A DNA stretch of 64,000 nt, taken from assembly GCA_963754315.1 (NCBI GenBank), contig CAVWFS010000018.1:96001-160000 (forward strand). Reading direction: 5' to 3'. Shown here piece by piece: positions 9,424 to 20,052 of this stretch (the stretch's first letter is position 1; each line of letters begins with the position of its first letter). A program made the translations under genes and the position numbers. The notes beneath the pieces were generated by a model, which saw nothing but the letters and a program-made list of their open reading frames with translations, was not told the origin of the DNA and searched no databases. The stretch comes from an uncultured Candidatus Rokubacteria bacterium. Its GTDB lineage: Bacteria; Methylomirabilota; Methylomirabilia; Rokubacteriales; CSP1-6.

Positions 9424-11272
9424 ATGCGTGCTACCCCCTTTCTCCCCCGAGGGTCTTCGATCTGGCTTCCCATCGCGCTGGCTCTCTCGGTCCTGGGTGC
9501 TCACCCCGCCCATTCCCAGCCAGCGCTCGGTATCGAGGTCAGCAGAAACCCCGTGTCACCGGGCGAGAGTGTCAGCATCACCTTTTCCGCCTCGGGGACC
9601 GCGCCGGCCGTCGATCTCTACGTCGGTGTGCTCCTGCCGATGGGATTCAGTAGCATGGTCGGCTGCGCCAGTGGCGATGCGCTGCTCTTTCTGACCCCGC
9701 CCCGGCCATCCGCTGCCGTAGCGGGAACACGGCAGAGTTTCTTCGACACGCGGTGAACGTACCCTTCGGGACCACACCATCGCCCATCGGGATCGCCGTT
9801 CCTTCCGACCGTACCGCCCGGCCCCTATGTGGTCTTCTTCGCCGCGACCTCGACCGGATCGTTGCTGGACGGGACACTCGGTGGCGGCGATCTGGTCGCG
9901 CTGGCGACGACGGTCGTGACCGTGAACGCGCCGGCCGGCGCTGCCACCGACGTCACGATAGTTGATGAACCGGCGACCTCCGAGACGATGATGGCGACAT
10001 TTGGTGGGATCCGGACACATGGGCGCGCCCAGTGGCTCCCGTCGCGGTATGGGGGCGACGGCCGAGGTCGATGAGCCGGGGACCATTCGTGCCAGCGTCG
10101 AGGCCATCAAGTCACCAGACAACATCCCGGTGGAGGTGACAGCGGTGAGGCTCCGGGATGCCGATGGCAGCGAGACGTCGGCCCGGTTCGAGGAGGGGCA
10201 GTTGCGGAGCATGATCGCCAAGAGTGGCCTGGCCTTCGACTTCTCGTGGATCTCCGCGTCACAGGCGGTGGTCTCTGTCGTCACTCCCGGCGGCTCCTCG
10301 CAGACGAATCGGGTGATAAGCTTTCCCGGTGTGCCCGGCGCCCAGGTTGCTGGTCCCTCAGCGCAGCCGCGGGCCGAGCGCGCAGCCCTGACCGTCAACG
10401 TCGAACGCTGCGGGGTTGCGGTCGAGGATGCCGTGGTCACCGCCGACGTCGTGCCGGCCGCCCTGTTGCCAGGAGAGTACCCCGAAGTTGGATACCGACT
10501 GCTCCTCCGGCAGACGTCGCCTGGCGTCTACGAAGGCGGGTTCGCGAACGCGCCGGGCTCCGTCGAGTCGCTCAGCAAGTGCGCGTCGATCGCGGCCAGG
10601 ACCATCAGGCCGTGCGAGATCGGAGCACTGATCGGCGGTGTCATGGCCTCGACGGGCTGTGCGACGCTCGCGCAGGGCATCAAGGAGACACAGGATGGCA
10701 CGCTCGACATGGATGTCCTGGAAGCGTGCCGCTTCGCGGCGGAGGGGCTGGCCGCCGTCTGCGGAGCGCTGTCCAAGGAGACGGCACCGAATGAGATTTG
10801 CCGCTCCGTCCAGGACGTGACGAGCTTCTTTGATCCCGTCGGGGCAAGAATCACGGTCTCGACGAACATACCGTTGGTGACGCAGTTCTTGCGACTCCCG
10901 ACCGGGATCTTTGTCGCTTTCCTTCCCGACTTCCTGACAACGCAGGTCAAGGATGTGCCGGCGGGGACGGGCGATGTCGGCTTCGACTTCCAGTTCGGCG
11001 GGGTTCCACGAGTCGGATCGTTCGGCATCGTTCCGGCCGACCCCGCACCCGGTGAGGAATACGTGGCGACCGCCACCTGCAGTTGCCTGACTCCGGAGTC
11101 GAGGGTGGGCATCAAGGTGGAGGGCTCGGACGGGTTCACCCGCGCGACCGAATGCGTCGGGGAAGACCGGGCGTGCTCCCTCACGGTGCCGGGCGGCGAG
11201 TCAGGGGTCGACGACATCGTCGACAGTGACCATCGACGGTTCTGTTCAGCGAACGATCTCGCTGAGCTTTAG
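9424..11272 (+). CDS. Secreted Cys-rich hypothetical protein, frameshifted several times
   Basis: SD GGAGGAGG, signal peptide, coding-like fragments 9424..9756, 9829..10074 and 10001..11272. Confidence 0.5.
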
Positions 11273-11318
11273 AGCATCGAGCCAGGCGCAACGGTCGCCG
11301 TGATACCCTTGCTTCACG

Positions 11319-12191
11319 ATGATCACGCACAGTGACGCGGAGTCCTATCGCGAGCGCGGTTACCTCGTGGTGCCCGATGTGCTGGACGCGGCGACGGTGC
11401 AGGCGCTGCGCACGGACCTGACGGAGATCCTCGCCGGCGCCCGCGATGTGACGGCGCACACCGACGTGTACGACCTCGAGCCCGGCCACCGTCCCGGTGA
11501 CCCGCGCGTGCGACGCGTCAAGACACCACACAGGTTCTTCCCGGCCTTCGAGCGCCTCTACCGTCACCCGGGCCTGGTACGGATCCTGACCGCCTTGCTG
11601 GGCCCTCGTGTCCGGTTGCATGGCTCGAAGATCAATCTGAAGGCGCCGCGTTACGGCTCGCCGGTGGAATGGCACCAGGACTGGGCCTTCTATCCGCACA
11701 CCAACGACGACCTCCTGGCCGTGGGCGTGATGCTGGACGACTGCACGAGCGACAACGGGCCCCTCATGGTCGTCCCGGGCTCGCACCGGGGCCCGGTGTT
11801 CGACCACCACGCGAACGGACACTTCTGCGGCGCCGTCGATCCGTCGTCGATCCGGGAGGAGATCGCGCGTGCGGTGCCGCTGACCGGGCGCGCGGGCTGG
11901 ATGAGCTTCCACCATGTGCGCCTGCTGCACGGCTCGGCCCAGAACGTCTCGTCGCTGCCCCGGGCGCTGCTGCTCTACGAGTACGCGGCATCGGACGCGT
12001 GGCCCCTGATGGGTGTGAAGGACCTGGCGGACTTCGACGCGCGTCTGGTGACGGGTCAGCCGACGATCGAGCCGCGCGTCACGCCGGTCCCCGTGCGGAT
12101 GCCGCTGCCGCCGGCGCTCCACCAGGGCTCGATCTACGAGAACCAGACGACGGCGACACGGCGGTATTTCGAGGTGACTGCGGAGCGGTAG
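11319..12191 (+). CDS. Phytanoyl-CoA dioxygenase family (2OG-Fe(II))
   Basis: WHQD, NGPLMVVPGSH, LLHGS. Confidence 0.92.
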   Translation: MITHSDAESYRERGYLVVPDVLDAATVQALRTDLTEILAGARDVTAHTDVYDLEPGHRPGDPRVRRVKTPHRFFPAFERLYRHPGLVRILTALLGPRVRLHGSKINLKAPRYGSPVEWHQDWAFYPHTNDDLLAVGVMLDDCTSDNGPLMVVPGSHRGPVFDHHANGHFCGAVDPSSIREEIARAVPLTGRAGWMSFHHVRLLHGSAQNVSSLPRALLLYEYAASDAWPLMGVKDLADFDARLVTGQPTIEPRVTPVPVRMPLPPALHQGSIYENQTTATRRYFEVTAER

Positions 12192-12215
12192 GCGGCAAGG
12201 CGCCGGTGTCGCCGT

Positions 12216-12995
12216 TCAGCGGGCCTTCCAGTTGGGTTTCCGCTTCTCAGCGAAGGCGCGGGGGCCTTCCACGGTGTCCTCAGAGCGCCGCAGCGCCTCC
12301 ACGTCGGGAAACTGCAGGTTGAGCGCGATGTCCAAGGGATGGCCGAGCCCCTGCATGGCCGCTTGCTTGCTCGCGCGGATCGAGAGGGGGGCACACTCGA
12401 GGATCTCGTGAGCCCACTTCATGGTGGTGGGCATCAGCTCCGGAAGCGGCACGACCTCGTTGACCACGCCCAGCCGATGAGCCTCCTGGGCGGTCATGTG
12501 ACGGCCGGTCAGGATGTAGCCCATGGCGATCTTCTGGGGAATCATGCGCGGCAGACGATGGACGCCACCGGCGCCGGCCATGAGACCCACCCGGGGCTCG
12601 GGCAGCCCGAGGCGGGCATGGTCGGCCGCGATGATGATGTCGCAGGCCAGTGCCATCTCGAACCCGCCGCCCAGCGCATAGCCGTTGATGGCCGCCAGGA
12701 TCGGCTTGGAGCACGTCATGCGTTTGGCGAGACCGCCGAAGCCGGACTCGGCGAAGCGGATCGTGTCGCGCCCGTGCTCGGCGGTAAAGCGCAGATCGTT
12801 GCCGGCCGAGAACGCGCGATCACCGGCGCCGGTGAGGACTCCGACCCACAGCTCGGGATCGCGCTCGAACTCGTTCCAGATTTCGTGCAGCTCGAAGTTG
12901 GCCGGCGGATGGAGCGCGTTCATCCGCTCCGGACGGTTGATGGTCACCACGGCGATGCGGCCCTTCTTTTCGAACGTCGCGAACTGATACGCCAT
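12216..12995 (-). CDS. Enoyl-CoA hydratase/isomerase (crotonase)
   Basis: AFSAGNDL, GGGFEMALACD, PEPRVGL. Confidence 0.93.
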   Translation of the reverse strand: MAYQFATFEKKGRIAVVTINRPERMNALHPPANFELHEIWNEFERDPELWVGVLTGAGDRAFSAGNDLRFTAEHGRDTIRFAESGFGGLAKRMTCSKPILAAINGYALGGGFEMALACDIIIAADHARLGLPEPRVGLMAGAGGVHRLPRMIPQKIAMGYILTGRHMTAQEAHRLGVVNEVVPLPELMPTTMKWAHEILECAPLSIRASKQAAMQGLGHPLDIALNLQFPDVEALRRSEDTVEGPRAFAEKRKPNWKAR

Positions 12996-13058
12996 CAGGC
13001 TCTCGCTCCTTCGTACCGTACTCAGCCAGCCACGGGCGCGGGCGGCACGCCTCGGCGG

Positions 13059-13580
13059 CTACGACGCAAAGCGATCACGAGCCAGAGGCGCGCGCACGTC
13101 GGTGCCCGAGAACAGCAACGTGACGATGATCTCGACCGAGGCATTGCCGCCAAGGCCCTGGCAGCCGATGGCTGCTCGTGTGGGCTTGCCGCGCTCGCCA
13201 AACAGCTCCACGAGCAAGTCGGCGGCGCCGTTGATGACGCGAGGCTGATCGCCGAATCCCGGGGCCGAGTTCACGAACCCGAGCAAATGGACAATCTGCT
13301 CCACGCGATCGAGGTCGCCGAGGGCATACTTCACCGCCGCCAAGGTCGTGAGCACGGCGTAGCGGGCCGCCTCGTAACCCTGGGCGACGCTGAGATCCTT
13401 GCCGACCACCCCGGGCAGGTAGGCCTGGCCGTCCTTGCGGGGCGTGGTCCCCGAGAGGTAGAGCAGGTTCTGCATGGGAAAGTGAGAAATGTAGTGGGCC
13501 CCCGACGGGTTCGTGCGATAGAGCGCTTCGAGATCGGGCACGGCCATCCCGAGCTGGGCGAGCGTCTGCTCGACCTTCAT
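13059..13580 (-). CDS. RidA/YjgF family protein
   Basis: LYLSG, GFVNSAPGFGDQPRVINGA, RAAIG. Confidence 0.88.
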   Translation of the reverse strand: MKVEQTLAQLGMAVPDLEALYRTNPSGAHYISHFPMQNLLYLSGTTPRKDGQAYLPGVVGKDLSVAQGYEAARYAVLTTLAAVKYALGDLDRVEQIVHLLGFVNSAPGFGDQPRVINGAADLLVELFGERGKPTRAAIGCQGLGGNASVEIIVTLLFSGTDVRAPLARDRFAS

Positions 13581-13620
13581 GGTGGTCTCCTCGGTGTCCG
13601 GGGTTCGACCGCGCTGCGGC

Positions 13621-14631
13621 TCAGCGGGTGTTGACGATCTTTTCCCACATCTCGGCGTACTGTTGCCGGTACTGAGGCCAGATCTTCTCCTCGGCCACCT
13701 TGCGAAAGGAGGCCACGTCCGCCTGATTCACCTTCATGCCTTTGGGCTCCAGGATCTCCTTGGCTTTCTGGAAGCTATCCACTGTCTCGGTGACCTCGCG
13801 AATCTTGGCCTGGGTCTCCTTGCCGACGTCGAGGACGAGCTTCTGCTGGTCGGGCGGGAGCCCGCGCCAGATGTCGAGGTTCATGACCAGAACGGTTGGC
13901 CCGTAGTTGTGGTAGGTCATCGACGTGTACTTGGCGACCTCGTAGGCCTTGAGCGCGTTGATGTTGACCACCGGCAGATCGGCACCGTCGATCACGCCTT
14001 GCTGCGCCGCTGGGATCACTTCGCCCCAGGGCATGGGAACCGCGCTGGCCCCGAGGCCGTTCACGGTGTCGGCGAATACGCGGCCCTGCTGCACGCGCAT
14101 CTTGAGCCCCTTCAGGTCGGCGGGGGTCGCAATGGGGCGCCGATTGTTCCAGAAGTGACGGAAGCCATAGTCGTAGAAGAAGAGGACCTTGACCTTGTAC
14201 TTTTTTTGGAACGTCTCGTCGAGATTGCGCCCGATCTCGCCGTTGAACATGGCGTAGGCGTGGTTGTAGTCGCGCACGAGGTAGGGCGTCAGGAAGACGC
14301 ACATCTCGGGGAACACCGTGCAGGCGGCACCGCCCGGGTTACCCATGGCGATGTTGCCGGACTTCACGGCGTCCATGATCTCTAGTTCCTTGGTGAGCAG
14401 GGTGCCGCCGTGAAAGACCGCGTTGAGGGAGCCACCCGAGCGCTTGGTCAGCTCCTCGCACATCCACTTGAAGCCGATCGCGCTCGATTCGGGTGGGGCC
14501 GTGAGGTGCGCGAAGTCGAGCTTCTTCACCCCGGGCTTGGCCTGGCCCGAGGCCGGGCTTTGCCAGCCCACGAGTGACATGGCCGCCACCATCAGGACCA
14601 CCACCGCCGCACCAATGAGCCGCCCTCGCAT
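13621..14631 (-). CDS. dctP: TRAP transporter substrate-binding protein
   Basis: Signal peptide, YGFRHF, DLKGLKMRV, PMPWGEV, QQGVIDG. Confidence 0.92.
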   Translation of the reverse strand: MRGRLIGAAVVVLMVAAMSLVGWQSPASGQAKPGVKKLDFAHLTAPPESSAIGFKWMCEELTKRSGGSLNAVFHGGTLLTKELEIMDAVKSGNIAMGNPGGAACTVFPEMCVFLTPYLVRDYNHAYAMFNGEIGRNLDETFQKKYKVKVLFFYDYGFRHFWNNRRPIATPADLKGLKMRVQQGRVFADTVNGLGASAVPMPWGEVIPAAQQGVIDGADLPVVNINALKAYEVAKYTSMTYHNYGPTVLVMNLDIWRGLPPDQQKLVLDVGKETQAKIREVTETVDSFQKAKEILEPKGMKVNQADVASFRKVAEEKIWPQYRQQYAEMWEKIVNTR

Positions 14632-14702
14632 GAGTCGTCCTCCTCGGCTTCGACCTCGCTGGCTTGACTTCGACGAGGCCGCAACTCTACCATGCGCGCG
14701 CC

Positions 14703-15230
14703 ATGCGCGGACCACTGAGCTGGATCGCAGCCGTGCCGCACGTCGTGATCACCATCCTCATGGTCGTCGTCATCGTGGACATGCTCGTCGGCGTGTTCCT
14801 GCGCTACGTGATGACCTGGATCTCGGCTACCTTCGACCTGCCCTCCGTGCGGTTCTTCTGGGTGGAGGAGGTCGGGGAATGGTCGCTGGCCTGGCTCACC
14901 TTCATCGGCGCTGCCCTCGGCATCCGCCGGGGTATCCACTTCGCCGTCCATCTCGTCATCGATCGGTTCCCCGCGGCCTGGCGGTCGGCGATTCTCGCCG
15001 GCCAGTGTGTGGTGGTCGTCACCTTCGGGGCGCTGGTGGCCATCTTCGGCTGGCAGGTGGCCGAGCTCAACAGCCAGTCCTTCTCGCCCGCCCTCGTGCT
15101 GAATCTGCGGTGGCTCTACCTGTCCTCGGTCGTCGGCGGTGTGCTCATCGTGATCTACGGTCTCATCGCCCTCGCGGATGTTCTGCGCGGGCGTGAGCCG
15201 TGGGGCGCGCCCTCGGTGGAGCCCCACTAG
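14703..15230 (+). CDS. dctQ: TRAP transporter small permease
   Basis: Four TM helices, VFLRY...WVEEV...WLTFIGA...GIH. Confidence 0.88.
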   Translation: MRGPLSWIAAVPHVVITILMVVVIVDMLVGVFLRYVMTWISATFDLPSVRFFWVEEVGEWSLAWLTFIGAALGIRRGIHFAVHLVIDRFPAAWRSAILAGQCVVVVTFGALVAIFGWQVAELNSQSFSPALVLNLRWLYLSSVVGGVLIVIYGLIALADVLRGREPWGAPSVEPH

Positions 15231-15232
15231 AC

Positions 15233-16513
15233 ATGGTGGCGGCGGTCGTTGTGAGCTTCGTGGTTCTGGTTGCCTTGTCCACGCCCATCGTGTTTGCCCT
15301 CGGGCTCTCCGGCGTGATCGGCCTCATGCTGGGCAACTTCTCGCTGCAAAAGCTCCCATCGGCGCTCGTGGCCGGCTCGCAGAGCTGGGTGCTCCTGGCC
15401 GTGCCGACCTTTGTCTTTGCCGGGAGCCTCATGGAGCGTTGCGGGATGTCCTACGCCCTCGTCAACCTCGCGCGCGGGCTGGTGGGCTGGGTGCGGGGAG
15501 GGCTCGGCATGTCGGTGGTTCTCGCCGAGTACTTCTTCTCAGGAATCTCCGGCTCCACGATTGCCGACGTCTCCGCCATCGGCTCCATGCTGACGCCGCC
15601 CATGCTGAAGGCTGGCTATCGGCCGGAACACGCGGCATCCCTGGTTGCTTCGGCCACGGCCATGGGCATCCTCGTCCCGCCCGCCATCTTCATGATCGTC
15701 CTCGGCCAGATCATGGACACCTCGGTGGTCGCGATCTTCCTCGGCGGCTTCATTCCGGCCGCCGTGACGGCGGTGTGTCTGTTGACCGTCATCTTCGTCC
15801 AGGCCCACCGCCTGGGCTGGCCCAAGGACGAGCGGCCGACCTGGGCAAGCCTGTCCGTGGCGGGGCGGGCGTCGCTGGTGCCGCTGGTGGTCCCGGTGGT
15901 GATCGTGCTTGGGTTCTTCTTCGGCGTGTTTACGGCGACCGAGGCGGGCGCACTGGTGGCGGCCTATGCGGTGGCAGCCGCCGTCCTCTATTACCGGAAC
16001 GTGACCTTGCGCGAGATGGTGATCTTGCTCCACGAGACCGCGTTGCTGACGGCCGCGGTGATCTTTCTCCTCGCCGTGGCCAGCATCTACCAGTTCCTGA
16101 TGGGGATGCTGGGTGTCCCCGCGTTGCTCGGAGAGATCCTGCGGCCCCTGCATTCGACGCCGTGGCTCTTTCTCGTGGCCGTGTCCGTCCTCGTCATGCT
16201 TTTTGGCATGGTGCTGGAGGGGCTACCGGCGGCGGTCGTGCTCATCCCGGTCGTGTTCCCCATTGCGAAGCAGATCGGCATTCATCCTGTGCACTTCGCC
16301 ACCGTGCTGACCGCGGCGGTGGGCATTGGCCTCTTCCTGCCCCCGATCGGTGTGGGCCTCCTGATGGCGCTGCGCTTCGCCAATATCTCGGTGGGGCGCC
16401 ATTTCCGTGCCTACTGGCCGTATTTGCTTTCGCTCTTCGTTGGCTTGCTGATCCTGATCCTGTTCCCGGAGTTGACGCTCTTCTTGCCGCGTCGGGCCGG
16501 CCTTGTCCGTTGA
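15233..16513 (+). CDS. dctM: TRAP transporter large permease
   Basis: LLAVPTFVFAG, FSGISGSTIAD, FTATEAG, PPIG. Confidence 0.92.
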   Translation: MVAAVVVSFVVLVALSTPIVFALGLSGVIGLMLGNFSLQKLPSALVAGSQSWVLLAVPTFVFAGSLMERCGMSYALVNLARGLVGWVRGGLGMSVVLAEYFFSGISGSTIADVSAIGSMLTPPMLKAGYRPEHAASLVASATAMGILVPPAIFMIVLGQIMDTSVVAIFLGGFIPAAVTAVCLLTVIFVQAHRLGWPKDERPTWASLSVAGRASLVPLVVPVVIVLGFFFGVFTATEAGALVAAYAVAAAVLYYRNVTLREMVILLHETALLTAAVIFLLAVASIYQFLMGMLGVPALLGEILRPLHSTPWLFLVAVSVLVMLFGMVLEGLPAAVVLIPVVFPIAKQIGIHPVHFATVLTAAVGIGLFLPPIGVGLLMALRFANISVGRHFRAYWPYLLSLFVGLLILILFPELTLFLPRRAGLVR

Positions 16514-16624
16514 CCTCACCCGGGTGCACCTGGTCGTGCCTGGCTATGTGGGCGGCGGGCTCTCACCGCCTCCGACGACCACTTGATCTGGATGACCGTG
16601 CGTGGGTGGCGAGGTCGCCCAGGG

Positions 16625-18907
16625 CTACGCGCGATGAAACAGGTTCAGCGCGGAACCGCGCCGGAACCACTCGAGCTGTGACGCACCGTACGAGTGCCGC
16701 AGCATCAGCGTCTCGGTGGTCCCATCTGCGTGGGCGACGCGGCATTCCACGGGCTTGCCGGGCGCCATGTCAGCAAGGCCCACCAGGCTGAGACGGTCGT
16801 CCTCGCGAATCTTATCGTAGTCGGCCGGGTCGCTGAACGTCAGGGCCAGCAGGCCTTGTTTCTTCAGATTCGATTCGTGAATGCGCGCGAAGGCGCGGGC
16901 GATGACCGCGGCGCCGCCGAGGAGCCGCGGCGAGAGCGCGGCGTGCTCGCGGCTCGAGCCCTCGCCGTAGTTGTGGTCACCGACCACGACCCACTTGACC
17001 CCACGCGCCTTGTAGTCGCGCGCCACCTTCGAGACCATCAGGCCGCGCTCGCCGGTGAACACGTTCTTCGTCTTCCCGGGCTCGCCCGTGTACGCGTTGA
17101 TGGCGGTGAGGAACATGTTGTCGCTGAACTTGTCGAGGTGGCCACGGTAGCGGAGCCACACCCCCGCCGGGGAGATGTGGTCGGTCGTGGTCTTGCCCTT
17201 CGTCTTCAGCAGCACCGGCATGTCGATGAAGTCCCGGCCGTCCCAGGCGGGCCATGGCTCCATGACTTGCAGCCGCTCACTGGTCGGGCTCACGGACACC
17301 GTGACCTTGCTTCCGTCGGCGGGGGGCGCCACGTACATGTTGCGACCACGATCGAAATTGCGCGGGGGGACCTCGGGGGCCGTCTTCGGCGCCTCGAGCG
17401 TGAACGGCTTGCCGTCGCCGCCGACCAGCGTGTCGGTGAGGGGGTTGAACGAGAGCCGGCCCGCTACCGCGAGCGCGGTCACGATTTCGGGGCTGGCGAT
17501 GAAGTTCATCGTGGTCCGCTCGCCGTCGTTGCGCGCGGGAAAGTTGCGGTTGTACGACGTCACGATCGTGTTTGCGACCGTGGCCTCGTCCTTGGCGCGG
17601 CGCCACTGCCCGATGCACGGACCGCACGCGTTGGCGAGCACGGTGGCGTTGATGTCGCGCAGCGATTGCATCTGGCCGTCGCGTTCGATCGTGGCGCGCA
17701 CCTGTTCGGAGCCCGGCGTGACCATGAACGGCGTCGCCACCGTGAGACCATGCGCCTTCGCCTGCTCGGCCACGTCGGCCGCGCGACTCATGTCCTCGTA
17801 GGACGAGTTCGTGCAACTGCCGATGAGGGCGCTCGAGATCTTGTCCAGGAACCCGTTGTCCGCGTCGCGCACTTCGGCGGCGAGCTTGCTGATCGGCCGA
17901 GCGCGGTCGGGGGAGTGGGGCCCGACGACGTGGGGCTCGAGCGTCGAGAGGTCGAGTTCCACCACGACGTCATAATGCTTCTCGGGGTGAGCCTCGACGT
18001 CCGCGTCTGGCGCGAGCAGGGCCTGGTGACGCTCCGCAAGCGGGACCAGGTCCGCGCGACCCGTGGCGCGCAGGTAGTCGGCCATTTTCGCATCGTAGGG
18101 AAACATCGAGGTGGTGGCGCCGAGCTCGGCGCCCATGTTGGTGATGGTCGCCTTGCCGGTGGCGCTGAGCGTCCTGGCGCCGGGGCCGATGTACTCGACG
18201 ATCGCGTTGGTGCCGCCGGACACGGTCAGCTTGCCGGCCACGTAGAGGATCACATCCTTGGGCGCCGTCCAACCGCTCAGTCGGCCCGTGAGGAAGACGG
18301 CGATGTGACGCGGGTAGAGCACCTCCCAGGGCAACCCCGCCATCACTTCCACGGCGTCAGCGCCACCGACACCGACCGAGCAGGCGCCGAGCCCGCCGGC
18401 ATTCGGCGTATGAGAGTCCGTCCCAATGATCAGGGCGCCGGGGAACGCGTAGTTCTCGAGGACGACCTGGTGGATGATGCCTGCGCCCGGGCCCCAGAAC
18501 CCGGCGCCGTACTTGGCCGCCGCCGACTTCAGGAAGTCGTACACCTCCTGGTTCTCGGCGAGCGACTCGCGGAGGTCGCGCTCGCCCTCCACGCGCGCCT
18601 GGATGAGGTGATCGCAGTGAATGGTCGTCGGCACTGCGACACGGTCGCGCCGCGTCTGTCGGAACTGGAGCATCGCGGTCTGGCCGAGCACGTCCTGCAG
18701 GACGACGCGATCGGGCCGCAGGAAGAGGTAGCTGTGGCCGGGGTCCATCTCCTGATGCTCGGGGTCGTCGAGATGCCCGAGAAGCACCTTGTCGGCCAGG
18801 GTGAGCGCGCGGCCGAGCCGCCGGCGAGCGACGACAAGGTTCTTCTCCATCGCCGCGTACATCGTGGCGGCCGCCTCCGGGGTCGTGTCGATCGTTGCCA
18901 TGGGCAT
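16625..18907 (-). CDS. acnA: Aconitate hydratase (mitochondrial-like AcnA type)
   Basis: IHCDH, GTDSHTPN, IGSCTNSS, NACGPCIG, SYNRNF, TTDHISPAG, NYGEGSSREHAA. Confidence 0.93.
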   Translation of the reverse strand: MPMATIDTTPEAAATMYAAMEKNLVVARRRLGRALTLADKVLLGHLDDPEHQEMDPGHSYLFLRPDRVVLQDVLGQTAMLQFRQTRRDRVAVPTTIHCDHLIQARVEGERDLRESLAENQEVYDFLKSAAAKYGAGFWGPGAGIIHQVVLENYAFPGALIIGTDSHTPNAGGLGACSVGVGGADAVEVMAGLPWEVLYPRHIAVFLTGRLSGWTAPKDVILYVAGKLTVSGGTNAIVEYIGPGARTLSATGKATITNMGAELGATTSMFPYDAKMADYLRATGRADLVPLAERHQALLAPDADVEAHPEKHYDVVVELDLSTLEPHVVGPHSPDRARPISKLAAEVRDADNGFLDKISSALIGSCTNSSYEDMSRAADVAEQAKAHGLTVATPFMVTPGSEQVRATIERDGQMQSLRDINATVLANACGPCIGQWRRAKDEATVANTIVTSYNRNFPARNDGERTTMNFIASPEIVTALAVAGRLSFNPLTDTLVGGDGKPFTLEAPKTAPEVPPRNFDRGRNMYVAPPADGSKVTVSVSPTSERLQVMEPWPAWDGRDFIDMPVLLKTKGKTTTDHISPAGVWLRYRGHLDKFSDNMFLTAINAYTGEPGKTKNVFTGERGLMVSKVARDYKARGVKWVVVGDHNYGEGSSREHAALSPRLLGGAAVIARAFARIHESNLKKQGLLALTFSDPADYDKIREDDRLSLVGLADMAPGKPVECRVAHADGTTETLMLRHSYGASQLEWFRRGSALNLFHRA

Positions 18908-19068
18908 GTGGCTGCCTCCTCCAAGACTCTCCGCACCGAGGACTATAGCGTAAAGGCGTTCAGCGCCGGTGTCCTTCGCGCCCCCGCCCCTCGGGTCTCC
19001 CGCTGCTTGACAACGCCTCACCTCCGTCCCCACGATATACATGAGCCGTCCGCTCTGGGGGTGCTTCC

Positions 19069-19473
19069 ATGACAATCCGCCTCGACCACCTCATCGTTCC
19101 GTCCCGTAACCCGATCGAAGGGGCAAAGTTTCTCGCGGGCCTCCTCGACGTGCCCTGGGAGGAGCGCCTGGACCCGTTCGCGCCGGTCCACGTCAACGAC
19201 ACGCTCACCCTCGACTTCGCCGATCGCGACACGTTCGAGAGTCACCACTACTGTTTCGGCGTCGGCGACGCCGAGTTCGACGCGATCCTCGGTCGCATCC
19301 AGGCGGCGGGGATCACGTACCGAAGCCGGCCGCGCGGCGAGAACGACATGAGGATCAACACTCGCGTCGGCGGGCGGGGCGTCTACTGGGAGGATGCAGA
19401 CGGGCACCTCTGGGAGATCCTCACGGCCAGCTATGCGCACGCGGGGGCTCCGGCGTTGACCTCGTCCGCGTAG
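19069..19473 (+). CDS. VOC/glyoxalase family protein
   Basis: LDHLIV, HYCFGV, GVYWEDADGHLWEI. Confidence 0.88.
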   Translation: MTIRLDHLIVPSRNPIEGAKFLAGLLDVPWEERLDPFAPVHVNDTLTLDFADRDTFESHHYCFGVGDAEFDAILGRIQAAGITYRSRPRGENDMRINTRVGGRGVYWEDADGHLWEILTASYAHAGAPALTSSA

Positions 19474-19502
19474 TCGGACAGCCCCGGGAGCAGGAGACCA
19501 CG

Positions 19503-19937
19503 CTAGGTCTTCGGCCTGCTCACCAGGAACGTGACCGACCTTCCGTTGCTGAATCCTGATCCAGTAAGAACCTGGATCAGCTGACGGTTGTCCATTTCCT
19601 CGACGAGCATCGCTGTCGCGACGTAGTTGGGCGCCTGTCCGTCACCCGCCTGGAAGCCTCCGGCGAAGTAGAGCCCTCCATTCTTGACCTGCACGAGACC
19701 TTGCGTCGCGTAGACCGTCCCCGTCGTCGTGAACGTTCCATCCGCGTTGATGATTATCGTGATCGGCCTGCTCTCCGCCAGCAGGCCGCGCGCCGTTCCC
19801 TCCCACGGCCCAGCCACGGTCGCCAGGTCACTCGGCCCGAGGGATTTCACAGAGAGATCGCCGGAGGAACACGCCACCGCGGATAGGGCCAGCGCCACGA
19901 CCAACAACAGGCTTCTCCTGCGATTGTCTGCGCCCAT
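19503..19937 (-). CDS. Hypothetical lipoprotein
   Basis: Lipobox-like AVAC after a hydrophobic stretch; AGPWEG. Confidence 0.7.
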   Translation of the reverse strand: MGADNRRRSLLLVVALALSAVACSSGDLSVKSLGPSDLATVAGPWEGTARGLLAESRPITIIINADGTFTTTGTVYATQGLVQVKNGGLYFAGGFQAGDGQAPNYVATAMLVEEMDNRQLIQVLTGSGFSNGRSVTFLVSRPKT

Positions 19938-20052
19938 GAGGTTGGTATCCTCCGCCTGGTCTGATGGGCCACTTTACGCCAAGCGGCGGAAGGATGTACA
20001 TGCCGGGACCCGCCCTCCCCAGCAGCGCGGCCAACTCGCCGGGATCGGGGAA

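Noticed and set aside
16694..19072. 792-aa plus-strand ORF
   Set aside because: Antisense shadow of aconitase with no motifs of its own.
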